Below are positions 54,144-63,704 of a DNA stretch of 64,000 bases, one piece after another (position 1 is the first letter of the stretch; each line of letters opens with the position of its first letter). Origin of the DNA: a virus (lineage: Duplodnaviria > Heunggongvirae > Uroviricota > Caudoviricetes); IMG/VR virus record IMGVR_UViG_2718218201_000002, positions 1-64,000 of that record; one strand, written 5' to 3'. The position numbers and the translations under genes are program-made. The notes under the pieces are model-generated. The model made no database searches. It was not told the origin of the DNA and saw only the letters and a list, made by a program, of their open reading frames with translations.

Positions 54144-55456
54144 TACTTCACTCTCGCTTTCTCAAACAAGATTTTAATATTTTTGATTGCTTCGCTTTGT
54201 ACTTTCTTAATACTTTGATTTGCCATTTCAATTCTGAAGTTGACCTCGTTGTTTTTTAGATAATCAACTGCTTTATGAGCTTCATCTATAAATTCTTTAA
54301 TCGTTAAACCACTTTCGACATAATATTTAAGAAAGGCATAGATGTAAATACGAGTATTAAAAGTATTATTAATTTCCCGTAAGTCTATATAAGCTAAAAT
54401 TACTTCTGAAACTTCTTGAACAGTGCTTACTTGGTCTCTTCTAGTCTCAACTTTAAATAATTCATCAATGTACTTACTTAATTCAGAAAATGCTATTGAA
54501 CCCCCACCAGCTGTACTATTTGTGGTTTTAATAACATCTTCAAAAATAGCATCTTTATCTTTTATTGCCTTAACAACTTTGGCGCCTCCAGATTCTTGTT
54601 GTAGCTCTGCTACTCTATTTTTTGACCACGGTGTCGCTTTACTATGTTGTGCTTGCCATTTGATTGCTTCAGCTGTAGTAAAGTTACTAAAAACTACATT
54701 GAATTCAAAATTGATAGTTGGGTTTTCACGATAAGCGTTTTGCGCTGCTAATACACGGTGAAAACCATCGATAACATCTAATCTTGTTCCCTCAGTAATC
54801 GTTAATGTATAGCTCTCAGGGTCATAAATTAATTCATCACCATTCACGCTCGTCATAGGAGCGGCGTTAAAGAAAAGTGTACTTTCTTTTAAACCATCTT
54901 CTAAAAGCAACTTTTCCATTTCTCGAATATTCTTTTGATTCAACGTTGGCTTTCTAATAATTTTTCCAATTCGTTTTTCCAATTTTGATTCCCGTTGAAT
55001 ATCAAAGTTATAATTGATTACTTTAGAATCAACAAACTCTGCAATTTGCTTAACACTTATTTTTGTACTGTATACATTGTTTACTTTAACAACTGGTTGA
55101 AAATCATATGGGAAAGTAATTTTATCTTGTTCTAAGAATGCATGAAAATCAAATTGTTTTGCCTCATTAATTTCCCCAGCTGTTAGATACTCTTGTATAC
55201 CGTCTTCGTACCCCAATACTTTAAAACTTTCCAAAATGAATAACGAGATTAGGCGAATATCAGTGGTGTCAAAAAAGTTATCATCTAGTTCACGATTCAA
55301 GAAAGAATGTGTGATGCCGCTAGGAACTCTATATTTTCTTTCCATTTCATTAGCAATTTTATTAATCAATTTACTGGTATCTTGATTTTTTAGAAGTGTG
55401 ATAACTTCTCTAAAAGCCTTGAATTTATTATTCATGCTTTCCCTCCTTTTTATCAT
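54143..55456 (-). CDS. ParB/Srx-superfamily (DGxHR motif, DndB-like) nuclease-domain protein
   Basis: 437 aa with DVIDGFHRVLAAQ in the central region. Confidence 0.4.
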   Translation of the reverse strand: MIKRRESMNNKFKAFREVITLLKNQDTSKLINKIANEMERKYRVPSGITHSFLNRELDDNFFDTTDIRLISLFILESFKVLGYEDGIQEYLTAGEINEAKQFDFHAFLEQDKITFPYDFQPVVKVNNVYSTKISVKQIAEFVDSKVINYNFDIQRESKLEKRIGKIIRKPTLNQKNIREMEKLLLEDGLKESTLFFNAAPMTSVNGDELIYDPESYTLTITEGTRLDVIDGFHRVLAAQNAYRENPTINFEFNVVFSNFTTAEAIKWQAQHSKATPWSKNRVAELQQESGGAKVVKAIKDKDAIFEDVIKTTNSTAGGGSIAFSELSKYIDELFKVETRRDQVSTVQEVSEVILAYIDLREINNTFNTRIYIYAFLKYYVESGLTIKEFIDEAHKAVDYLKNNEVNFRIEMANQSIKKVQSEAIKNIKILFEKARVK

Positions 55457-55692
55457 TTTTACTTTTTGATTTATCGATTTTTATATTTTGGTTTCTCTGA
55501 TTTTTGTTTAATTTGTTTTTTGATTTCCAGAAACTGTTTATAACCATCATTTGAATGAGATTATAGCTTCACAACTCATGTTTTTAATAGTTAAGAGTTA
55601 ATTCAAATTAATAGTCATACTATGCATAGCTTAGTCACTATTTACATTTAACCACAAAATATAATTATTGTCTATGCAATTATCAGTATAAT

Positions 55693-56790
55693 TTATTTTA
55701 TTTTCGTTAATAAAGCTAACTCTTTTTTTAACATAAATTGCATTGCTTCTGGTAAATTGCTTAATACCTCAATTAGCTCAGTTTTACTATATTCAGAAAA
55801 TCTAATATCAGCAGTGTCAATTTTCTGTTTGTTCGATATAGCACCTTGAAATGCTTGTTTATTATCCTCAAGATAAATTTGAGTAGTGTTAATATTCGCA
55901 TGATTTCCTACTTGTTTAGCTATTTGAATATCTTTGGTAGCTTCATAGGCGTAGTTTACTGCTCCTTTTTTGAAACTATGAAAAGTGATATTTCTATTTT
56001 CATACCCTAAAGCCTTTTTAGCCCGCTTCATCATTTTATACCTAAGTTCACTAGAAAAATTGAAAATCGGCTCATTTGAATTCTTATCAAGTTGCAATTC
56101 ATCAAACATTGCTGATGCGAATTCTAATGATAAACTTTTAATAAATTGTTTCTTCCCTTTGTCTATACCTTTTAATATAACCTCTCCTTTCTTCCATATA
56201 AATGATTGAGGAGTGATATTGTTTAATGCTTCAGCACGAATACCGGTATCAAACGCTAAGGCAGTATAATAGTATTTATCGATTGCTTTTTCTTTCTCAT
56301 TCTCTTTAAACCAATTGATAAACTCAAGTGCTTCGTCATAGCTCAACACTTCATATGAATTTTTAGATGTTTTTAACTTTGCTATATTGTTGATACCCAC
56401 AAGGTCAATTTCATACCCGCTGTTATATAGGAATTTTGCGAATTCGATTATAGCTGACATCTTACGATTAATAGTGCTTGGTTTTAATTCACTTTTAATT
56501 AAGACACTTCTATATTGAATCAACTGTTTTCTATTCATAGTGTGTACGACCAAATCGACTTTAACATTCTCAGTTCCATATATTTTATTAAGGAATTGTT
56601 TTAAGTCATTTAAATATGCTGATTTAGTGCTTTGTGAATTAGCTCCTGCTTCATCAGCGAATTCATTAACTAAACTCAAAATGCTATTTGTGACACTATT
56701 ATTACTCATAATATGATTTTCTAGTCTTATAACGTTTGCTGTCATTTTTCCTTCTCTCCATTCTTTTAATCTTGCATTCGTACGTTTCAT
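55693..56790 (-). CDS. tyrosine recombinase / phage integrase
   Basis: Box I TGIRAEAL and box II FHSFKKGAVNYA...GNHANINTTQIYL (catalytic Tyr). The N-terminus has a SAM-like core-binding domain. The second conserved Arg appears as Lys. Confidence 0.6.
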   Translation of the reverse strand: MKRTNARLKEWREGKMTANVIRLENHIMSNNSVTNSILSLVNEFADEAGANSQSTKSAYLNDLKQFLNKIYGTENVKVDLVVHTMNRKQLIQYRSVLIKSELKPSTINRKMSAIIEFAKFLYNSGYEIDLVGINNIAKLKTSKNSYEVLSYDEALEFINWFKENEKEKAIDKYYYTALAFDTGIRAEALNNITPQSFIWKKGEVILKGIDKGKKQFIKSLSLEFASAMFDELQLDKNSNEPIFNFSSELRYKMMKRAKKALGYENRNITFHSFKKGAVNYAYEATKDIQIAKQVGNHANINTTQIYLEDNKQAFQGAISNKQKIDTADIRFSEYSKTELIEVLSNLPEAMQFMLKKELALLTKIK

Positions 56791-57374
56791 TTATCTTATC
56801 TATATTATAATTTATTTCCTTTAAAATAACAAGTCTTTTTGACAAATCCCATGTGGAAGTTTTACACCCTGTTATATAGGGATTTCTCGACGGAAAATTC
56901 GACGGAAAAAATCCCCGTGGAATTTAAAATCGCCTGTTATATAGCGTTTTTTGTTTATTCATGTTGAGTCTCAAAGTATTTGTCTTTCTATTTTTTCACA
57001 TCTTCCATAATGCGAAAATGTTATTTGTCAGTTATCTTGATTGTCATTTATCGACTAATAAGATTGAACAGTTTCGGATAAAATAAAAAATGCACACACG
57101 ACGTCTATATAACGCCTCTTAGCGCCTTTTATATTTTACGTGGGTAAGTACTATGTGCTACAAATGGCTCTATGACGGGCTTTATAAGGGGCTGTAATTA
57201 CGATAAAATCAGTATTTTATTGTTAAATTTTTCCACTGTTTCGCCACATTTTCAGCAATTTAATACCTTTTTGTCAACAAAATCAATTCACAATATTATT
57301 CTGTCGTGTAGTTATTAGCACAATGATGTATAATCAGATTAATCACATTTCTATTTGAAAAGGAGGTATAAACC

Positions 57375-57731
57375 ATGAAAGTAATAATAAACATTGATGA
57401 TGACAATTTTAATTTTTTGAATCAACTTACTGAACAAGATAATACAACAATAGACAACATTATCAATGAGTTGATAAAATTTAATATTACTGATGTTAAT
57501 AAGGCGTACCAGCAAGCCGATAAACAAGCGATAAATGATTTTGCCAAAATTGCTGGAAAATATTTTCATGAAGATATAGCAAGCCTTTACGACGTTATAA
57601 ACACAACCGAGGAAATGGACACAGACAGAAGAATGTTGAATGTATACAAAAAGTTGTACCAAGACGTATTTTTGCGTGATGGTGTGTTGCTTGAATTATT
57701 TAAAGAATATGAAAAAGACGGTCGCAATTGA
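57375..57731 (+). CDS. hypothetical protein (plus strand), divergent from the integrase
   Basis: 118 aa with strong RBS AAAGGAGGT. A TATAAT lies 30 nt upstream. Confidence 0.45.
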   Translation: MKVIINIDDDNFNFLNQLTEQDNTTIDNIINELIKFNITDVNKAYQQADKQAINDFAKIAGKYFHEDIASLYDVINTTEEMDTDRRMLNVYKKLYQDVFLRDGVLLELFKEYEKDGRN

Positions 57732-57765
57732 CCGCCTTTTTAAATTTATTTATTTAATATTATAT

Positions 57766-58059
57766 TTAATTTTTTAAATGGTATTTCAAAGTTGATTCAA
57801 TTTCTTCAAATGTATAATGTTCAATATTGTTTGGTGCTTCTTCCTCCTCTCCTATAAATTTGAAATTTAAATCTTTGTCGTGAATATAAGACATCAAACT
57901 TTCAACATCATTTTTATCTTTTAGATATTCTTTCGGTATGTCATAACTAAAAAACATGTTACTCTCTTGTGTAGTAATATTTACGCTTTCTTCTGTTTTA
58001 TACATTTCAATCACATATGATTTATTTTTATTTGTCGTTTTAATACCCTCCATTTTCAA
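57766..58059 (-). CDS. hypothetical small protein
   Basis: 97 aa. Confidence 0.35.
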   Translation of the reverse strand: MKMEGIKTTNKNKSYVIEMYKTEESVNITTQESNMFFSYDIPKEYLKDKNDVESLMSYIHDKDLNFKFIGEEEEAPNNIEHYTFEEIESTLKYHLKN

Positions 58060-58567
58060 TAATTTTTGCTAAGTCTTTATACGATTTTACTTCATTTACG
58101 TTTAAAACTTTGATAAGCTCTCCGTCAATATAACTAATAACAAAAAATGGTTTGTTATAATTAACGTTTGGAAATTCTGATTCAAAACTTTCTTCGTCCT
58201 CAAGTTCTTTCTTACTTTCGAAAAATTGCACATCATATTTATCAACATCGCTATGTTGCCGTATTTCGTTATTAATTATTTCGTTTGCTTTTAACATCAT
58301 GTCAAAATATGTTTGCGGTTCTTTTTCAAACATTCCCGCATTATTAATTAAGTCATACAATGTATATGTTTTATATGTTTCGTTTTCGTCAAAATCGGTA
58401 CTTTCAGCATAGCAAGCGTTAAGTTCATTTTCAAAACTTTCTAATCGTGTTGGTGTCAATACGTCTTTAAAAACAAAACAACTTTTTTCGATTTCGTCGT
58501 TCTCCAAATAAAATACCTCATAATAAAATTCATCTTTTATAACTTTAATATATTTTTTATCTTCCAT
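58040..58567 (-). CDS. hypothetical acidic protein
   Basis: 175 aa. Confidence 0.4.
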   Translation of the reverse strand: MEDKKYIKVIKDEFYYEVFYLENDEIEKSCFVFKDVLTPTRLESFENELNACYAESTDFDENETYKTYTLYDLINNAGMFEKEPQTYFDMMLKANEIINNEIRQHSDVDKYDVQFFESKKELEDEESFESEFPNVNYNKPFFVISYIDGELIKVLNVNEVKSYKDLAKIIENGGY

Positions 58568-58586
58568 TTTATACTCTCCTTTTAAC

Positions 58587-59177
58587 TTAATAAAAAGTTA
58601 TTTTATAATCTTCTTCGTGCACATACTCTTCGTAAATTCGATACGTACACAAGTCGCCATATCGTTTTTTAATTTCATAAACTAACTTATCTTTCAAATC
58701 TTTTTCATGTTCAAAATAATAAAAAGGATAAGGCAAACCAACATTTAGAGCGCTCACGATGTCAATTAATATTCTGTTTATTCTTTCTGATTCATCAAAA
58801 AGATGCAAAAAACTATTTTTATAATTCAATGAGTCCATTTCTAGCATGTATAACTTGTTTTTCAACCATGACCGCAACCTATAAAAATCTTTAAATTCTT
58901 TTGTTTCAAACACTATCGCATCAGCTTCAAGGAAATTATACATAATATACTTGATTTCTAAAGGGCTATAAAAATTTTTGCATTTTATTGATAATTTATA
59001 GGTACCATTTTTTAATTTTTCAATCTCGGCAAATTCGATAACATGGCTATCTTTTTTATTAAAGCTGTCTGTGTAATAGTCCCACTTTAAAAAATAGCGG
59101 TTTTCTGCTTCTATTTGTTCTAGCAAATCAAGATTATGCCTTTCCATTCTTTTCATCTTTTTGTCGCTCCTTAACAC
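58587..59177 (-). CDS. hypothetical protein
   Basis: 196 aa. Confidence 0.4.
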   Translation of the reverse strand: MLRSDKKMKRMERHNLDLLEQIEAENRYFLKWDYYTDSFNKKDSHVIEFAEIEKLKNGTYKLSIKCKNFYSPLEIKYIMYNFLEADAIVFETKEFKDFYRLRSWLKNKLYMLEMDSLNYKNSFLHLFDESERINRILIDIVSALNVGLPYPFYYFEHEKDLKDKLVYEIKKRYGDLCTYRIYEEYVHEEDYKITFY

Positions 59178-59268
59178 ATAGTAATTTTTTAATTATTCCT
59201 TATGCGCTTATTTTTAGGATAAACACATAAGGAATAACCTAACCTTTAAATTTGTAACCTTTTAATTT

Positions 59269-59541
59269 TTAAATCTCGACGCTTAAAATGTCCACAAGTA
59301 AATAGTTTTGATAACCAGTTTTTTGTGTGACAATATAAGCCCATTTACCACCATTAACTTTTTCTTTTTCGTCAAGCTGGCGAATTTCTTCAAAGTCGTG
59401 AAGTTTGAAAAAATCGTCTATCATTCTTTCAATTTCAACATCATCATATTTTATGATGTCATGAGCATATATTAAATTTTTTTGAATGTATCCCATTTCT
59501 GTTAATAGCTCATAAACTACAAATTTTAATTGTTGCCCCAT
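59269..59541 (-). CDS. hypothetical small protein
   Basis: 90 aa. Confidence 0.35.
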   Translation of the reverse strand: MGQQLKFVVYELLTEMGYIQKNLIYAHDIIKYDDVEIERMIDDFFKLHDFEEIRQLDEKEKVNGGKWAYIVTQKTGYQNYLLVDILSVEI

Positions 59542-59583
59542 TTTGGTCTGCTCCTTTGTTTTAAACTGCCCTAATCGGCATAA

Positions 59584-60207
59584 TTACATAAACAAAAGTG
59601 TTGCTTTTGTCAGTAATTTTAATTGGTTGAATTCTACCATAAGATTTAAGCAATAAGAATCTTTATTATTAACTTTATTAAAATCTTTTAGAAACTCAAA
59701 AGCATTTAACAAGTATTCTGTATTCAAAACAATCTTTTTCACATCATTATTATCTATTTTTTTGTTATAGAAAGTATATGACAATTCTAAACGTTGCGCT
59801 TCTTCATCATTCTCCGAGTAAGTAGTCAATAAATAATTATCATTATCATTTTCATTCAATTCTAATTGTACTAATTTAACTTTTAAATTTTTAAATAATT
59901 TCAATACATTTAAAATTATATTGATTTCATCACTGCTAAAAACAATAATATTTTTTGTATTGTCATCTTTCGGAATTACATTTTTAAAATCAGGAAAGTT
60001 ATAAGGGTATTCACTTCTATTCTTATCACTTTCGTTTTTGGGATTAATTAACATATTATTATATTCGTGCTGGTGGTTTAATCTTACAAGTCTATGACCG
60101 TCTGTAAAATCAATATGATTATCATTAAGATACATATATTTTAAAATTTGATTTTCAGTGTTTTTAGTTACCTTTTTAGCGTGTTTTGTAATTGACTTTA
60201 ATTCCAT
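59584..60207 (-). CDS. hypothetical N-rich protein
   Basis: 207 aa. Confidence 0.4.
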   Translation of the reverse strand: MELKSITKHAKKVTKNTENQILKYMYLNDNHIDFTDGHRLVRLNHQHEYNNMLINPKNESDKNRSEYPYNFPDFKNVIPKDDNTKNIIVFSSDEINIILNVLKLFKNLKVKLVQLELNENDNDNYLLTTYSENDEEAQRLELSYTFYNKKIDNNDVKKIVLNTEYLLNAFEFLKDFNKVNNKDSYCLNLMVEFNQLKLLTKATLLFM

Positions 60208-60557
60208 TATAAAAACTCCTTTACTAATTTTTCGATTGTATTTTCTGTGTTATTTAAATAGTCGTTTAAATCAATGTATACAATAGGTTCATAAAACGCT
60301 AAATAGAATTTACCATTTTCAAACGCAAAGTAATTAAAAATGATTTCATCTCTTACAACTTCGCCAAATTGATTTTTGATATTTTGTAATACTGGCTTTA
60401 CAAGCTCGTTAAACAGGTCGCAATACAAATTAAATTCCGTTTCAGTATTTGTTAATTCTGTCTCTATTGTGTCAAAACTAGAAATATCAAGATATGTTAA
60501 ATTCATTTTGTTAAATTTGTTCACTAACTCTTTTATTTTATTTTTATTTAATCCCAT
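60207..60557 (-). CDS. hypothetical protein
   Basis: 116 aa. Confidence 0.35.
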   Translation of the reverse strand: MGLNKNKIKELVNKFNKMNLTYLDISSFDTIETELTNTETEFNLYCDLFNELVKPVLQNIKNQFGEVVRDEIIFNYFAFENGKFYLAFYEPIVYIDLNDYLNNTENTIEKLVKEFL

Positions 60558-60840
60558 TTTTCATTTCCTCCTCAGCTTCAACAAGCGCCCAATCGTCTAA
60601 CATTAACGCTAATTTGTAACCTTTGTCGTCCATTAACTCAAATTGTTTAACGTCAAATGGTTCATCGCTTGCGTCAAATTCTTTATATATCACTTCTTCA
60701 TCAATGATTATAAAAACTGTATTTTTTAAATATTCTTCACTCAAACGAGGTACATTATAATGTTCAACAAATTCAAGATAGTTATTAATATCTAGTATTT
60801 CGACCTTATCACCGATTTTAAATTCTTTCATTTTTAACAC
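60544..60840 (-). CDS. small acidic protein, paralog family D
   Basis: KIGDKVEILDINNY...NTVFIIIDEEV is similar to 61478..61819. Confidence 0.4.
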   Translation of the reverse strand: MLKMKEFKIGDKVEILDINNYLEFVEHYNVPRLSEEYLKNTVFIIIDEEVIYKEFDASDEPFDVKQFELMDDKGYKLALMLDDWALVEAEEEMKNGIK

Positions 60841-60877
60841 TCTCCGATTTTAATTTATTAATATTTTGAATGCCAAT

Positions 60878-61183
60878 CTAAAAATTTTGTAAATAATCAT
60901 CTTCATTAAGACCAACACTTAAATTATAATCTTTTAAATTTTGATACGTTGGATTATTCCAAATGCCATTGACGTAATTTTCGCCATATTTTTGCATATC
61001 TTCGATAGTGTCAAAGTTTTCTATCAAATCACTTATTTCTTCCAACACATCAGATGTTATGTCGCCTAAATAATTAGATTCTACAATTAAATTTTTTGAT
61101 AATTCTTTAAAGCTATCTGCTAATAACTTCGGTTCTGAAAAGCCAGTGTAGTTGTAGAATTTTAACTCTTGCTTATTAATCAT
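60878..61183 (-). CDS. hypothetical acidic protein
   Basis: 101 aa. Confidence 0.35.
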   Translation of the reverse strand: MINKQELKFYNYTGFSEPKLLADSFKELSKNLIVESNYLGDITSDVLEEISDLIENFDTIEDMQKYGENYVNGIWNNPTYQNLKDYNLSVGLNEDDYLQNF

Positions 61184-61185
61184 TT

Positions 61186-61491
61186 TTATTCCTCCAATTT
61201 TAAAATATTATTGTTAGACAAAAGTATGTGTATGTTGTTGTCCCAACTGTTTATTAATTCGTCGCCGAATTCATCATAATCAATAAAATCTAAGGGGTTA
61301 GGCGCACCGTTATAATCTGATTTAAATAAGTCACAATACCAGCCGTCAGATAATTCATATTCGGCGAATTCTTGTTTGTCGATAAACAATGTAATAGGCG
61401 TTTCAATGTTTAAATCAAAATTGTCAATTTCTTTTTGCATTTCCTCATTCAATTCTTCTTTAAGCTCTAGTATACTGTTATAATATTTCAT
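61186..61491 (-). CDS. hypothetical acidic protein
   Basis: 101 aa. Confidence 0.35.
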   Translation of the reverse strand: MKYYNSILELKEELNEEMQKEIDNFDLNIETPITLFIDKQEFAEYELSDGWYCDLFKSDYNGAPNPLDFIDYDEFGDELINSWDNNIHILLSNNNILKLEE

Positions 61492-61819
61492 TTTTCATGT
61501 ACTCCTTATTTAATTTATTTTTATTAAACATTTTCGTTTTCTCAAGAGCATAACTATCAATCATTAAATCAAGTGTGTGCCCTTTATCGTCTACTAACTC
61601 ATACTGATATACGTCCTCGCTTGCGTCCTCTAATTCTTCTGGTGAATCGACTAAGTCTCTTATTTCAGCATCAGTGATTGTAAAAACTGTATTGCTTAAA
61701 TACTCGTCTTGTAGCTCTGGTACGTCATAATAGCCCGTATAGCCCTTGTAATTGTCAATGTCCGTAATTTTAACTTTTTCACCGATTGTAAATTTTTGAT
61801 TAAATTTCATTTTAATCAC
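61478..61819 (-). CDS. small acidic protein, paralog family D
   Basis: TIGEKVKITDIDNY...NTVFTITDAEI. Confidence 0.4.
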   Translation of the reverse strand: MIKMKFNQKFTIGEKVKITDIDNYKGYTGYYDVPELQDEYLSNTVFTITDAEIRDLVDSPEELEDASEDVYQYELVDDKGHTLDLMIDSYALEKTKMFNKNKLNKEYMKNEIL

Positions 61820-61840
61820 TCCTTTTTTATTATTTGTTTT

Positions 61841-62170
61841 TTACACACATACTTCAGCTTCAATAACTGGTACAACCTCGATTTTTTGAACTACAATAAA
61901 GTAGTCTGTTAAATATTCGCCATTTGTGTCGGGCAATCCGTCTGCATCTTCCACGATGGAAAATGTCAATTGTCCATCGTCTGTTATATTAATGTCGCTT
62001 TCTCCAACATCATAATATTTTTGAACGACGTCAAGCACATCATAAAAATTATTGCTCTCTGATTTGCCGAGATTGAAGCCGTCCGTAATGATTACGTCCC
62101 CGCTCCAGTCTTGCAATTTTTGATTAAATTTAGTGAATTGTTTTCTTTCTACTTTTACGTTAAATTTCAT
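61841..62170 (-). CDS. hypothetical acidic protein
   Basis: 109 aa. Confidence 0.35.
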   Translation of the reverse strand: MKFNVKVERKQFTKFNQKLQDWSGDVIITDGFNLGKSESNNFYDVLDVVQKYYDVGESDINITDDGQLTFSIVEDADGLPDTNGEYLTDYFIVVQKIEVVPVIEAEVCV

Positions 62171-62211
62171 TTTTTTGATTCCTCCATGTTTATAATTTAT
62201 TTTTTAATTTT

Positions 62212-62514
62212 TTAGTTTAAATCAATTGATTTAACGTAATCACCTTTGTAAGTGATTTTGTAAATAGTGCCTTTGATAAGGTTGTCACTGTAAATTGTGT
62301 ACTGTTCTTTTTCACTCAACATTTTTGAATCTTCAGCGTGCTTGAACACCCTTAATGATTGAGCGTCCTCAGCGATTGCGTATGACAGAAACGTGTTTTG
62401 TGTTTGTTCAATTTGGTTTTTTGTGTTGCTGTTTAAACTGTCAAAATCGGTTTGTGGTGTTTGTGCAAATGGCAAGAGTAACAATGTGCTTGCTGTTATA
62501 AGTGTTTTTAACAT
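62212..62514 (-). CDS. secreted small protein (signal peptide)
   Basis: MLKTLITASTLLLLPFAQT has a hydrophobic h-region. Confidence 0.35.
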   Translation of the reverse strand: MLKTLITASTLLLLPFAQTPQTDFDSLNSNTKNQIEQTQNTFLSYAIAEDAQSLRVFKHAEDSKMLSEKEQYTIYSDNLIKGTIYKITYKGDYVKSIDLN

Positions 62515-62527
62515 TGTAATTTCTCCT

Positions 62528-63124
62528 TTAAAAACTCATAGTAAAAATGTGTGCATTTTTTTGATTAAGCCCGATATATCTATATTCAGCATTTAACAAA
62601 AGGTCATGCCCTTTTGCCTCAGCGTCAAAGTATATTGTTAATTCTTCAACATAAGGCGGTTCAATGCTCGTTGCCTTTAATTCGGGCTCTAAAATGTTTT
62701 CAAAATACCATAATCCGAGCGCTTTTTTATAGTTATCAGAATAAAATTTTGAGCTTAAAGTGACTGAGTAAAAACATGCGTTGATTCTTTCGTTTTCGTC
62801 ATCAAACATGTCTTTGATTTCTTTTGCAATTTCAACGTCAATGCCAGTGTGGTTATTTACATAACTTACACGATTAGCCATTGTTTGCAATTCCTCGATT
62901 GAATGAAACTCACTAATGTTAAACAAATCGCTTTCATAATCAGAAATAAACCATTCATTCCCCTTGCTAGCAATTGCGTCAATATATGCGCTCATTGCTT
63001 CAAATTCAGTTAAAGCGTTAAACCATTTACCAACTAAATTACCGGCGTTGTATTCAGCTAAATCGCTGATGAAAAGATTAAGCTGAATGTTGTTCTGTGT
63101 GTTGTTTGTATTTTGATTTTCCAT
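62528..63124 (-). CDS. ardA: ArdA-family anti-restriction protein (DNA mimic)
   Basis: LFISDLAEYNAGNLVGKWF...ISDYESDLFNISEFHSIEEL aligns with Tn916 ArdA (VYIANLGKYNEGELVGAWF...IHDYELPFTVDEYTSIGEL). Acidic. Confidence 0.55.
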   Translation of the reverse strand: MENQNTNNTQNNIQLNLFISDLAEYNAGNLVGKWFNALTEFEAMSAYIDAIASKGNEWFISDYESDLFNISEFHSIEELQTMANRVSYVNNHTGIDVEIAKEIKDMFDDENERINACFYSVTLSSKFYSDNYKKALGLWYFENILEPELKATSIEPPYVEELTIYFDAEAKGHDLLLNAEYRYIGLNQKNAHIFTMSF

Positions 63125-63198
63125 TTTTGTTACCTACCTTTTTATTTGTTTATTTTAATTTATTTCTTATGGCTAAGTTACTAAAACAATTTTTTAAG

Positions 63199-63297
63199 TA
63201 AGTCTTTTTGACTTACTAGGACGCCTAAAGTAAAGCTACATAGTAGAGCCCCGATAATTTCGGCAAATTCGAATACCATTTTTAATAACCTCCAGTC
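63199..63297 (-). CDS. small hydrophobic peptide (32 aa) with strong RBS GGAGG
   Basis: MVFEFAEIIGALLCSFTLGVLVSQKDLLKKLF*. Confidence 0.2.
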
Positions 63298-63382
63298 ATT
63301 TTATATTGTCGCTGTTAAATGCGACTTTTTAATAATTCTATTGAGCGCCCATATTTTTAGGTTATGGACACTCTAACAATTA

Positions 63383-63622
63383 TTAAAGCGTTTGTGTAAT
63401 TTTTGTAGGAGGGAACTCGAACCAAAAAGTTTGATAAGAGTCACCCTTTTTGATGACGGCTTTTGTCGGGCGCATTCCATAAACCGTTTGCTCCCAATCA
63501 AACAATTTGTCACGAAATTCGTTATTGTGCTCGTATAACGTTTCAAACTGCTTGAAAGTGTAAAGAATTTTAATATGCTGACCGTACGGAGTAACTGTTT
63601 TCACTTTTACGCCTGTTATCAT
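63383..63622 (-). CDS. hypothetical small protein
   Basis: 79 aa. The motif copy at 63653-63666 lies upstream of its RBS. Confidence 0.35.
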   Translation of the reverse strand: MITGVKVKTVTPYGQHIKILYTFKQFETLYEHNNEFRDKLFDWEQTVYGMRPTKAVIKKGDSYQTFWFEFPPTKITQTL

Positions 63623-63704
63623 TTTTTAATCCCCCTAAATAATACATGTATTTTAATTTATTTCTTCTAAGTTTTAAAAGGTGGGCTCAATTACGAACCC
63701 CTTG

